DNA of 64,000 nucleotides from Candidatus Dormiibacterota bacterium (GCA_963709585.1 CAVPXI010000015.1:64001-128000), one strand, 5' to 3'. Positions 49,689 to 59,555 are shown, counted from the first letter of the stretch. Notes: generated by a model from the sequence alone, not told the origin. Program-made: numbers and translations.

Positions 49689-52175
49689 ATGAGTTCGACG
49701 ACTGAAGGCAGCTACCGGATGATCGACGCGATCACGACGGCCCGTCGCCCGCGCGACATCATCGACGCCGTCCTGGAATGTCTGGCAGCGCATGGATTGC
49801 GAGGCTCGTATGGCGAGCTTCGGGGGGATGAAGTCGTCATCCTGGGGCTTGGCGTTCCCGATGATGACGCCGCCCGTGTCGAGGAAGTGCTCGGGGTCCC
49901 TATCGGAGCGATGCGCTTCCCGCTGGCGGCTTACCCGACGCTCGCCACCGCCGTGCAGCGGCGCACCTCGACCATCGAGACCGACTTTCCCGCGCGGATG
50001 ATTTCGATGTTTCCTCACCTCACGGGCGCGGAGCACGCGTCGGCGCGGCTGCACCTTGGGCCCGGACCTCTGCTGGCTGCGCCCATCGAGGATCGCGACG
50101 CGCTGCTCGGTGTGCTCTTCGCATGGGGTCCGTCGGTGGTGCTGCAGCGGAACCTGGTCGAGACCCTGGCCGCACTGGCGGGCTTTGCGTGGCAGCGGGT
50201 GGGTGAGCGGTTGGAGACACTGCCGGTCCCACCCGAAGCCGCGACCCGCGCGTCGAACGATCTCGCCATCAGCATCAGGGAAATCCTCGTCCCCGGGGGC
50301 ATCCGGGCAGCGCTGCAGCCGCTGGTCCGCCTCGGTGATCGCACCATGCTCGGGTACGAGGCGTTGTGCCGCTTTGCCCCGCGCCCGGGCTTGCGCAACC
50401 CTGATGAACTGTTCGCCGGCGCGGCGATGACCGGCCTGGAGCGCGAGGTCGAGGCGGCCTGCCTGGCCGCGGCATTCGCCGCCGCACCACAGGCGGCCCC
50501 GGCGACCCTCTTCGTCAATGTGGCGGTCGAAACGCTGGTCGAGGGCCGCCCTGCTGCCGACCGCCTGTCCCACCTGGCCGCAGCGTCGGGGATCTCTCCG
50601 GGCGAGGTCGTCCTCGAGGTGACTGAGCGAACTCCCGTCGACGACCTCACCCGGCTGCGCCGCGTGGTCGCGGACCTGCGCCAGCGGGGATTCCGGATTG
50701 CCATCGATGACGCCGGTGCCGGTCACGCGAGCATGCTGGTCATCGCCGAGGTCGAGCCAGAGTTCGTCAAGATCGATCGGCTCCTCATCCACGGCGTCGA
50801 CGTCAGCGCCGCCCGCCGCGCCCTGGTGGTGTCCCTACTCTCGTTCGGAGCTCACATCAACGCACGGGTCATCGCTGAGGGCATCGAGACCGAGGAAGAA
50901 CTGCAGACGCTGCTGAGCCTGGGCGTGCAATTTGGGCAGGGTTGGCTCCTCGGCCTGCCCGTGATGACCGATCCGCCCGCCGGCGCTGGTGGCGTCGTGG
51001 CGGTGACGGCCGATTGGTTCCGAGAACAGCACACCGCCCCGTTTCGGACGACTGTTGCCGAGGTGGTACCCGACCACGACGGCGACGAGGCCACGGTGCG
51101 CACAACCAGGCGCCCACGCGTGTCGCTACCGAGAGCGCTCATCAACGCAGCCACCGCGCTGCAATCCGAATACGACCCGGCCGGGATTCTCAAGGTCATC
51201 GCGGAGCAGCTCCAGACCGTGGTGCCGGTGGATGCCGTCTACATCTACGCCGCCGACGAGACCCGGAATCGCTTCGTCCCCGTCTACGCCACCGGGAGGG
51301 AGGCCGAGGCGCGAATGTCCTACGGCTACTCGATGGACCTGGGCGTGAACGGTTGGGCGCTCAAGCTCGGCGATCCGCAGAACATCAGAGATGTCAGCGC
51401 ACACCCCGCGACGATCACGATTCCAGGCACGCCCGTCGGAGCACCCGAGTCCTACCTCATCATCCCGCTTATTGCCGGGGATCGGCGACTCGGCGTCCTG
51501 GACTGCAGCCGGCTCGGGATCGACCGCTTCACCCGAAAGGATCTCGAGGCCGCAGCGCTGTTCGGGCACACTGCGGCAGCAGCCTGGCGCAATGCCGAGC
51601 TCTACCGGGAACTCAGCGAGCGCGCGATCACCGACCCTTTGACCGGTCTACTGAACAGCCGCTGGCTTCGCGAGGTCGGCGAACGCGAGCTGGCGCAGAG
51701 CGTGCGCAGTGGTCAATCGCTGGCGTTCCTGCTGCTCGACCTCGACAGGTTCAAGCAGATCAACGACAGCGGCGGTCACAGCGCCGGCGATCTCGTACTG
51801 CGCCGGGTCGGCGCTGCGCTCCGCGGCCTTATCCGGGCGGGTGACGCGGCAGTGCGGCTCGGCGGTGAGGAATTCCTGCTCCTCCTTCGCGACGCCGATG
51901 CGTCTGGGGCCGAACGGGTCGCGGCGGAATTCCGCGATCGGCTCGCTGCACTTTCGCTGCCTCGGAGCTGCCTCCCACGAACCACCCTCACCGCATCCAC
52001 AGGTATCGCCGTCCTGCCCCGCAACGGGATCGCCCTCGCCGAGTTGGTCCGGGCCGCGGATGTCGCCATGTACGAGGCAAAACGCGCCGGCGGCGACCGC
52101 TATCAGTTGAGCACGCACCGGCCGGACAACCGACGCGCGGGGCGATCCAAGACCGGCATCCAGGGAGCAGCGTAG
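49689..52175 (+). CDS. GAF-like + EAL + GAF + GGDEF c-di-GMP enzyme
   Basis: GYEALCR, LFVNV, LEVTE, IDDAGAG, VKIDR, AEGIE, GQG; DPLTGLLN, DLDRFKQIND, RAGD..GGEEF. Confidence 0.92.
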   Translation: MSSTTEGSYRMIDAITTARRPRDIIDAVLECLAAHGLRGSYGELRGDEVVILGLGVPDDDAARVEEVLGVPIGAMRFPLAAYPTLATAVQRRTSTIETDFPARMISMFPHLTGAEHASARLHLGPGPLLAAPIEDRDALLGVLFAWGPSVVLQRNLVETLAALAGFAWQRVGERLETLPVPPEAATRASNDLAISIREILVPGGIRAALQPLVRLGDRTMLGYEALCRFAPRPGLRNPDELFAGAAMTGLEREVEAACLAAAFAAAPQAAPATLFVNVAVETLVEGRPAADRLSHLAAASGISPGEVVLEVTERTPVDDLTRLRRVVADLRQRGFRIAIDDAGAGHASMLVIAEVEPEFVKIDRLLIHGVDVSAARRALVVSLLSFGAHINARVIAEGIETEEELQTLLSLGVQFGQGWLLGLPVMTDPPAGAGGVVAVTADWFREQHTAPFRTTVAEVVPDHDGDEATVRTTRRPRVSLPRALINAATALQSEYDPAGILKVIAEQLQTVVPVDAVYIYAADETRNRFVPVYATGREAEARMSYGYSMDLGVNGWALKLGDPQNIRDVSAHPATITIPGTPVGAPESYLIIPLIAGDRRLGVLDCSRLGIDRFTRKDLEAAALFGHTAAAAWRNAELYRELSERAITDPLTGLLNSRWLREVGERELAQSVRSGQSLAFLLLDLDRFKQINDSGGHSAGDLVLRRVGAALRGLIRAGDAAVRLGGEEFLLLLRDADASGAERVAAEFRDRLAALSLPRSCLPRTTLTASTGIAVLPRNGIALAELVRAADVAMYEAKRAGGDRYQLSTHRPDNRRAGRSKTGIQGAA

Positions 52176-52213
52176 TCGATTCCGGGCGAGTACCCTGATG
52201 GGGCGGAACCACC

Positions 52214-52564
52214 ATGCGAATCGAGAATTTCTCCTTTGGCTCCATCGACATCGACGGCCGGACCTACGCGCACGATGTGGTCATCGATCGAGGCCGGGTC
52301 AGCAAGCGCCGGAAGGGCGTCTCGAAGCGTCACCGCGACCGCTACGGACACACGCCGCTGTCCGCTGACGAGCAGATTCCCTGGAGTTGCCGGCGGTTGG
52401 TGATCGGGACCGGCGCCGCAGGTGCGCTCCCCGTGATGGAGGCGGTCAGGGCCGAAGCCCGTCGCCGCGAGATTGAGCTGGTATTGGCTCCGACCAGGCG
52501 GGCGATCGACCTGCTCGCTCATGACCCCGACGTCACCAACGCCATCCTTCACGTCACCTGCTGA
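52214..52564 (+). CDS. Mth938-like (DUF498) domain protein
   Basis: FSFGSIDIDGRTY..DVVI, LVIGTGAAG, AILHVTC. Confidence 0.88.
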   Translation: MRIENFSFGSIDIDGRTYAHDVVIDRGRVSKRRKGVSKRHRDRYGHTPLSADEQIPWSCRRLVIGTGAAGALPVMEAVRAEARRREIELVLAPTRRAIDLLAHDPDVTNAILHVTC

Positions 52565-52668
52565 CGATCCCGCTCGAGGCTGGCCCAGGGGTGTTGAGGA
52601 GGTAGATTGCAGTCGTGGCCACTGACTTCGACGCCCCGCTCGACCGCATGGCAACGGCCTGAATTGAG

Positions 52669-53909
52669 ATGACAAGCGCCGGGACCGTGATCATCGGAGC
52701 TGGGCTGTGTGGCGGCAACGCGGCCGCGACACTGCGCGAGGAGGGTTATCAGGAGCGCGTGGTGCTGGTCGGCGATGAGCCTGTTGCGCCGTTCGGACGA
52801 CCGCCACTTTCGAAGACGTACCTCCGCGGCGAAGAGGACTGGACCGCATGGTTGGTGAAGCCTCCAGACTGGTACGCGCAGCACAACGTCGAGCGCTTGC
52901 ACGCACGCGTCGAGTTGATTGATGTGCAAGCGCGCGAAATCGTGCTCGAGACTTCACGTCAGCGCATCGCGTTCGACCGGCTGCTGCTAGCGACCGGCGG
53001 TCGCAATCGGGGCTTGTCAGTCCCCGGCGCCACCCTCCCCGGGGTCCTCGGACTGCGCACGCTTGCCGACTGCAACGCAATCAAGGAGGCGGCGGTGCCC
53101 GGCAGCCACGTGGTCGTGGTCGGGATGGGCTTCATCGGCAGCGAGGTCGCCGCATCCCTTCGCCAGCTGGGCGTCAGCGTGACAGCTGTGCTTGGGGGCG
53201 TCGGCCCCTTGGCGGGTGTGCTCGGCGACCAGGTCGGCTCGGTGATGGCCGCCATCCATCAAGAGAAGGGCGTGGAACTGCTCCTCGATGATCGTGTCGT
53301 CGCGTTCACCGGAGACGCGCGCGTGGAACACGTCGTGACCAGTCGGGGCGCGACACTACCCTGCGATTTCGCAGTGACGGGGACCGGCATCGAACCCACC
53401 GTCGAGCTCGCCCGCACGAGCGGCATCCCCATCGATAACGGGGTCATCGTCGATGAGCGATGCCGAACCGACGCTGCGGACGTCTACGCGGCGGGTGACG
53501 TGGCAAACCATCTGCATCCAATATTCGGTCGCATACGCGTTGAGCACTTCAATAACGCCGAGCGCCAGGGGCGGGCTGCGGCGCGCTCCATGCTTGGGAG
53601 CGCGGAACCCTACGCGGACCTGCATTCCTTCTGGTCGGACCAATACGAGCATGCGCTTGAATACGTTGGGCACGCACCACGCTGGGATCAGTTCGTGGTT
53701 CGCGGGAGCCTCGAGCAGCGCCGGTTCCTCGGCTTCTACCTCGGCGAGGGCCGGGTAATGGCGGTGATGGGTCTGAACCGCGGCGGCGACCCGGAATTGG
53801 ACGAGGGCGGCGAGCTCTTCGCCGCCAAGGCCCTCGTCGGCAGCCGGCCGAGGTCTCGCCGGCCACGTTGGAAGACGAGAGGACCGACCTGAGCGCCTTG
53901 CGTGCCTGA
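52669..53909 (+). CDS. FAD-dependent ferredoxin reductase-like oxidoreductase (probable tail frameshift ~53846)
   Basis: IIGAGLCG, RPPLSKTYL, LLLATG, GMGFIGSE, YAAGDVA, FWSDQY. Confidence 0.92.
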
Positions 53910-53939
53910 AGCGCATGACGTGCGACGCTTGACGAGCCG

Positions 53940-54362
53940 ATGAACCCCGCACCTGCCGTCCTGCGTGTCTGCCGGCGTGAATCCTTCGACGCGGCGCACC
54001 AGCTCTGCGACCCCCGGCTCTCCGCGGAGGAGAACCGCGCTCTCTATGGCAAGTGCGTCAATCTGCACGGCCATCGCTACCAGCTCGAGGTGATCGTCGC
54101 CGGCAATATGGACGACGCATCGGGCTACGTCGTCGACCTCAAGCAGCTCGCTGATGTCATCAAGGCCGAGATCATCCAGCACGTCGACCACCACAACCTC
54201 AACACCGACGTAACCTGGCTCGACGGGCGGATTCCCACCGCGGAGAACCTCGCCGTGGTGTTCTTCGAACGACTGCGGCCGCGCATCACACGCGGCACCC
54301 TGCACACCGTCCGGGTGTGGGAGACGGAGAAGAACTGGGCTGAGTGCACCCGCGGCGACTGA
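53940..54362 (+). CDS. 6-pyruvoyl-tetrahydropterin synthase / QueD family
   Basis: FDAAH, LSAEEN..YGKCVNLHGHRY, DHHNLNTDV, PTAENLA, VWETEKN. Confidence 0.93.
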   Translation: MNPAPAVLRVCRRESFDAAHQLCDPRLSAEENRALYGKCVNLHGHRYQLEVIVAGNMDDASGYVVDLKQLADVIKAEIIQHVDHHNLNTDVTWLDGRIPTAENLAVVFFERLRPRITRGTLHTVRVWETEKNWAECTRGD

Positions 54363-54367
54363 CACCG

Positions 54368-55135
54368 ATGGAGACCCTGCGGCGTACCACCGAGTTGACC
54401 CAACGCTACAGCGCCGAGGATGTGCGCGTCTTGTCGTCCGCGGAGCGAGCCCGGTTCCTGCCGGGTGGAATCCCGGACGTGCCTATCGACCGATCGCTCT
54501 CGTTCGAGCTGCTCTACCGGCTCGAACCCGAACTGTACGAGCGGCTGGTGGCAGCCGAGCGCATTCATCCCGCGGTGCTCGACTGGCTCCCCCACGTCGA
54601 TCGAGTAGTGGAGATTGGCGCCGGTACGGGGCGTCTCACCACCCATCTGCTGCCGCGTTGCGCGTACATCGTGGCGGTGGAACCCGCGCGGCGGATGCGC
54701 GAACGTCTTCGCACAGCCTTGTCCTCGGAGCCATCGGGAAAGATCGACATCGTCGATGGCTTCTTCGACGCGCTGCCGGTGCCTGACGCCTCAGCCGATC
54801 TGGTGGCGACCTGCTCAGCGCTCGAGCGCGACGCCGCCCATGGGGGAAACACCGGACTCGCCGAAATGGAGCGGGTGTGTGCGCCCGGCGGTGTGATGGT
54901 TGTGGTGTGGCCCAACCACCTCGACTGGCTCGCCGCTCACGGATACACGCACGTGAGCTTTCCGGGCCCCATGTGGATGGAATTCCAGGACACGGATGAA
55001 GCGATCGAGATGGCGGAGATCTTCTTTCCGCACGCGGCCGACGAGGTCCGTGCTCGCGGCAAGGCGCGCATCCCATACGACGTGCTCGGCGTCAACCCAC
55101 CCCGTGACCTCGCGTTCAAGGTGAACCGGCGTTGA
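54368..55135 (+). CDS. Class I SAM-dependent methyltransferase
   Basis: VVEIGAGTG, VAVEP, LPVPDASADL, EMERVCAPGG. Confidence 0.9.
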   Translation: METLRRTTELTQRYSAEDVRVLSSAERARFLPGGIPDVPIDRSLSFELLYRLEPELYERLVAAERIHPAVLDWLPHVDRVVEIGAGTGRLTTHLLPRCAYIVAVEPARRMRERLRTALSSEPSGKIDIVDGFFDALPVPDASADLVATCSALERDAAHGGNTGLAEMERVCAPGGVMVVVWPNHLDWLAAHGYTHVSFPGPMWMEFQDTDEAIEMAEIFFPHAADEVRARGKARIPYDVLGVNPPRDLAFKVNRR

Positions 55136-56223
55136 GGCTCGCACTCATCGCGTCGCTTGTGTCGCCGATTCGCGAACCCCAGTGCGGCGGAGCGCAGGCG
55201 TTTCTTGCCGACCTCGCCACCGGCCTGGCCACCCGTGGCCATGAGGTCGATGTCTTCGCCGCATCCGGTTCAGAGATCGACGGGGCTCGCGTTGTCGATG
55301 TGGGAGTCGACGCATCCACCTTGCACGAGTTCCTCTACCGCGCGGGCACGTCCCCGCCGATCGATCCGGCGCGGTTCGTGGCCGCCTATGCGCGAGTTTT
55401 CGAAGCCCTCGGCGAGCGGTCCTATGACCTGGTGCATAACCACGCATTCGACGCTCCCGCGATTCAGCGCGCGGTCGGCGTCGCATCACCGGTGATCCAT
55501 ACGCTGCACCTTCCCCCCGAGGGCTCCGTCGTTGACGCGCTTCGCGACGCGTCGCGAGCGGCCAACGCACCCGTGATCGCCACCGTCTCGGCCGCACAGG
55601 CTGACGCCTGGCGACGCTTCGTCGACATCGACACCGTCCTCCCGGTCGGCGTCGTCACGGCTCGGGTCCCGTGGTCAGCGACCCCGGGAGGCGGCGCCAT
55701 ATTCGCTGGCCGCTTCAGCTCCGAGAAGGGAGCCATCGACGCGATCGCCATCGCGCGGCGCGCGCGGATGTCGATCGACCTGTACGGCGATGCCTATGAC
55801 GGCGGCTACACCGAGCGCGCGGTGGACGCCATCAGCGACCGGTCCGACGTGAGCGTTCATCCCGCGGTGCCAAGGGCAAGGCTCTGGCGGGTCATCGCCG
55901 GCGCCGCGGTGGTGCTGTGCCCCGCGAACTGGGACGAGCCGTTTGGCCTGGTTGCCGCTGAGGCGCAGGCGTGCGCCACCCCGGTGATCGCGTATCGGCG
56001 CGGTGGGCTCCAGGACATCGTCGTCGACGGGGTCACCGGCTTCCTGGTCGCTCCCGGGGATATTGAGGCTGCGACCGCAGCGTTCGGCCGCCTCGGTGAG
56101 CTCGACCGTACCGCCTGCCGCCGGCACGCGGAAGCGCACCTCGATATCGAGGCAGTGCTCGACGCCCACGAGCGCGTGTACCGCGGCGTCCTCACATCGA
56201 CACTCGCGACCGCGCATGGCTGA
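55132..56223 (+). CDS. GT4 glycosyltransferase (AviGT4 / pterin glucosyltransferase-like)
   Basis: GGAQ..LATRGHEV..SGS, YDLVHNHAFD, GRFSSEKG, WDEPFGLVAAEAQACATPVI, LDRTACR. Confidence 0.9.
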   Translation: MRLALIASLVSPIREPQCGGAQAFLADLATGLATRGHEVDVFAASGSEIDGARVVDVGVDASTLHEFLYRAGTSPPIDPARFVAAYARVFEALGERSYDLVHNHAFDAPAIQRAVGVASPVIHTLHLPPEGSVVDALRDASRAANAPVIATVSAAQADAWRRFVDIDTVLPVGVVTARVPWSATPGGGAIFAGRFSSEKGAIDAIAIARRARMSIDLYGDAYDGGYTERAVDAISDRSDVSVHPAVPRARLWRVIAGAAVVLCPANWDEPFGLVAAEAQACATPVIAYRRGGLQDIVVDGVTGFLVAPGDIEAATAAFGRLGELDRTACRRHAEAHLDIEAVLDAHERVYRGVLTSTLATAHG

Positions 56224-56941
56224 TCGCGCACACTGGCTCGCTGGTCGGGTCGCCGTGGTCACCGGCGCGAGCCGCGGGATTGGTCGCGCCACCGCAGTGT
56301 CGATTGCGCGCGAGGGCGCGCATGTCGTCGTCGCCGCGCGAGGTACCGCCGCCCTCGACGCAACCGTCGCGGTGATTCGCGGCGCGGGCGGTGCTGCGAC
56401 CGCCGTTCCCACCGACGTCGGCAACGCCCGCGATATCGCCGAGCTGTTCAGCGTCGCGTCACGGATCGGGCCACCCGTCGCGCTGGTGTGCGCCGCCGCA
56501 ACCCTGGAGCGCGAGCCGTTCGACGAGACCAGTCTGGCTTCCTGGGAGCACACGATCGGTGTCAACCTCACGGGCGTCTTCAACTGTTGCCGCGCCGCGT
56601 TCACGCTGATGCGCAGCGCCGGCGAGGGCCGCATCGTCAACATCGCTTCGCTGTCAGGCGTGTATGCGACCGAGAAGTTCCCCGGTCTTGTCGCGTACAA
56701 CGCGTCGAAGTACGGCGTGATCGGGCTCACCGAGGGAATCGCCGTCGAGGGCAGGGCGTTCGGTATCACTGCCATCTCGGTGAGCCCGGGCGCGGTGGAC
56801 ACCGATATGCTCCGCCGGGCAAATCCCTCGCTCCGCGCGAACCTGATCCCCGATGAGGTTGCGGCGCTGATCGTCGCTCTGCTGGACAGCCCGCTCAGTG
56901 TCGCCAGCGGCGCCAACATTCCCCTCTTCTCGAACGCCTGA
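56216..56941 (+). CDS. Short-chain dehydrogenase/reductase
   Basis: TGASRGIG, VNLTG, VNIAS, YNASK, PGAVDT. Confidence 0.93.
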   Translation: MADRAHWLAGRVAVVTGASRGIGRATAVSIAREGAHVVVAARGTAALDATVAVIRGAGGAATAVPTDVGNARDIAELFSVASRIGPPVALVCAAATLEREPFDETSLASWEHTIGVNLTGVFNCCRAAFTLMRSAGEGRIVNIASLSGVYATEKFPGLVAYNASKYGVIGLTEGIAVEGRAFGITAISVSPGAVDTDMLRRANPSLRANLIPDEVAALIVALLDSPLSVASGANIPLFSNA

Positions 56942-56975
56942 CCCGGATCCGGCCGGGAGCCCCACCCTGGCTTCG

Positions 56976-57164
56976 TCAGGGCCGCGGCAGGTGCTGGAGA
57001 GCGTGTTCCAGGCGCCTCAGACTGTCCGCTCGATGCGCCGCTTCATCTATCGCACGCATCAGCTGCACGCGCGTGGGATAGCGAAACAGATCGAGATCCT
57101 CGTGTAGGTCGGCAAGCCACTGCCGGGCCCGCTGCTGTTCTGCCGGCGAGAGCAGTACTTTCAT
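56976..57164 (-). CDS. Small hypothetical helical protein (62 aa)
   Basis: GAGGGG RBS directly before the ATG; MKVLLSPAEQQRARQWLADL... Confidence 0.5.
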   Translation of the reverse strand: MKVLLSPAEQQRARQWLADLHEDLDLFRYPTRVQLMRAIDEAAHRADSLRRLEHALQHLPRP

Positions 57165-57239
57165 CCCCTCAGTCCCCCAACCTCCCTGAGCCACTAGGAT
57201 AGCGGTTGACGCGATCGAAGTCTATCGGGGCGGCTGAGG

Positions 57240-58635
57240 CTACTCTCGGATCGCCGCAACCGCGCGGCGGATCGCCGCAAGCGAACGGCGGATGTCCTCG
57301 TCGTCCGTGGACCAATTGCTGACGGAGACGCGCAACACATCCTGTGCGTGCCAGCGCGATCCCGACATCCAGGCGGTGCCATCGGCGATCAGGCGCTCGG
57401 TCACCGCGCGCGTGCGAGTGTCATCGCCAAAAACCACACACACCTGCGTGTAGTCGACGTCATTGACGACGCGCGCCCCCTCAATGGCTGCGATACCCTC
57501 GGCCATGGCGCGGGCGTGGTTGACGAGCCCGTCGATCAGCTCAACGACGCCAGTTCGCCCCAGTGACCGGAGCGCCGCCCAAACGGGGACACCACGGGCC
57601 CGCCGGGAAAACTCGGGCACCTTCTCATGCGGATCGCCCGGCCCGGACTTGTCGGCCATCAGGTAGCTGGCGGCGGGTCCCGAATGCCGAACGCATCGCC
57701 TCACGATCCGCGACGATCGCTATCCCGCAGTCGTATGGAACATTGAGCGTCTTGTGTGCATCTGTCGCCCACGAGTTGGCCAGGGCGAGCCCGGAGACCA
57801 GATGACGCAGCGCTGGCGAAACTGCCGCCCACAGGCCGAACGCCCCGTCCACGTGCACCCATGCGCCATGCGGATGGGCAACCTGGATCGCCTCGGCCAG
57901 GGGGTCGAAGGCACCCGAGTGGACGTTCCCGGCCTGCAAACACACGATTGACGGGCTGCGCGGATCCAATTCCTTGAGCGCCTCAGCGAGGGCTTCGACC
58001 CTGATGCGTCCTTGGTCATCGACTGCGACCGGCTGTGGTTCGCCGAGACCAAGGTATCTCAGCGCGAGGTCGACCGTCTCGTGGCGCTCGGCGCCGACGA
58101 TGACGCGGATCCGAGGCGCTCCAGCAAGTCCCTCACGCATCAAATCCCACCCAACGCGCGACAGCACTGATGATCGCGCTGCAGCAAGACCCGTGAAGTT
58201 GGCCATCGTCGCACCTGTCACGAAGCCGACGTCAGCGCTCGCCGGGAGCCCGAAGAGATCGAGCAACCAGGCCGCGGCAGACTCTTCCGCGGCAACGGTT
58301 GCCGGGGTCGCGTAGCGTATCGCCGTGTTCTGATCCCATGCGCTGACCAGCCAATCGGCGGCGAGCGCGGCCGGCAACGTGCCACCAATCACCCAGCCAA
58401 AGAAGCGGCCCGACTGCATCGCCATGAGCCCCGGCTCGGCGAGCTTCGCCATCAAATCGATCACCTCCTCCGGCGGCGTGGATTGCTCAGGCAGCGGGCC
58501 GCCGAACCCGGCAAGCAGCTGGTCAGCTGTTACTCCGGGTCCAACCGGGCGAACGCCGACCGAGGCGAGCCACACCCGGGCATGCTCAGCAGCTCGAGCC
58601 AGCGCCTCATCGTACAAACCGTCCCGACCCGACAT
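57240..58635 (-). CDS. Group II PLP-dependent decarboxylase, aromatic amino acid decarboxylase-like (frameshift ~57675)
   Basis: RFFGWVIGG, GFVTGATMAN, QAGNVHSG, WVHVDGAFG, DAHKTLNVPYDCG; then EFSRRARGVPVWAALRSLG and RVSVSNWST. Confidence 0.92.
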
Positions 58636-58697
58636 GTTCAGTCCTCCGTAAAGGTGCAGCGTGCGCGTCTGCGCGGTGATGCTAGTGTCATGCCGCC

Positions 58698-59273
58698 GTG
58701 CGCTTCGCAGTTCGCACCCTTCGGCTCGCGCTCCTTTTCCTGATCTTCAGCGTCGCGAGCCTCGCCGGGTGCCGCTCGGTGGTGTCAACTACCGGGGGAA
58801 CAATGTCAGCCGCGACCGCCATCTCGTCCACCCCCCAGGTGCCTCGGCCGTGCTCGTTTCTGACTCAGGCGATTGCCGCCCGGACTAGCGGCGACCCGGC
58901 AGTTACGAACCAGGCTATGAACGTGACCGAGACGGAATCCGGGTACGTCGCGTGCATCTTTGCCGATACCCAGGATGAAGCCAACAGCGTGGAGGTGCAA
59001 ATCAAGAGGGTGCCGGGCGGCGTCGACCCCTCAAGGTTGCGGGGAGCCGCGACCTTCTTCTCACTTGGAGAACCGGTTCGACCGTTTCAACCCTTCACGG
59101 TGCAACGCGTCGGCGGCGGGGCACTGGGCGAGACCACACCGGGCGTAGCCTTCATCGTGTTCTCCGTGAGCGACCTCTTGATCTACGTCGGCGGCGATTC
59201 CGCGTCTGCGAGTGCCGCGTCCTTGCGTGTCAGCGTCGAAGACCTCGCACAAGAGGTAGCTGCATCGTTGTAG
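58698..59273 (+). CDS. Hypothetical lipoprotein
   Basis: Lipobox LAGC; PCSFLT..ACIF pattern. Confidence 0.7.
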   Translation: MRFAVRTLRLALLFLIFSVASLAGCRSVVSTTGGTMSAATAISSTPQVPRPCSFLTQAIAARTSGDPAVTNQAMNVTETESGYVACIFADTQDEANSVEVQIKRVPGGVDPSRLRGAATFFSLGEPVRPFQPFTVQRVGGGALGETTPGVAFIVFSVSDLLIYVGGDSASASAASLRVSVEDLAQEVAASL

Positions 59274-59294
59274 GAAGAGAAGTTCGCCGCAGGT

Positions 59295-59540
59295 TCACGC
59301 AAGCCACGTCAGCCGGTCATCTCGGTCGGTTGCGTGAGCCCACCGAAGCACTTCGGTCCATTCCCACATCGGCGACCCTGACTGCGTCGCGGCTGGGTCA
59401 GGCAGGAGACCTCTCTTGTGCCACAATCGAATGGTGGCCTCCGGGTAGCCGAGCCTGTCCGAGATTTCCCGCATGCCCACGCCGTCCCGGAACCGCTTCA
59501 CATCGAAAGTATGGGTTCGTACGATCGCCGCCGGCCACAA
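59295..59540 (-). CDS. Small MerR/AlpA/excisionase-like HTH protein (start uncertain)
   Basis: VGMREISDRLGYPEATIRLWHKRGLLPDP..PMWEWTEVLRWA. Confidence 0.7.
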   Translation of the reverse strand: MWPAAIVRTHTFDVKRFRDGVGMREISDRLGYPEATIRLWHKRGLLPDPAATQSGSPMWEWTEVLRWAHATDRDDRLTWLA

Positions 59541-59555
59541 CCGCGTCGCCCTGCG

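Noticed and set aside
53940-54362. Queuosine or 7-deazaguanine DNA-modification cluster
   Set aside because: No queC, queE, queF, tgt or dpd genes are adjacent; the neighbours are a methyltransferase, glycosyltransferase and SDR.
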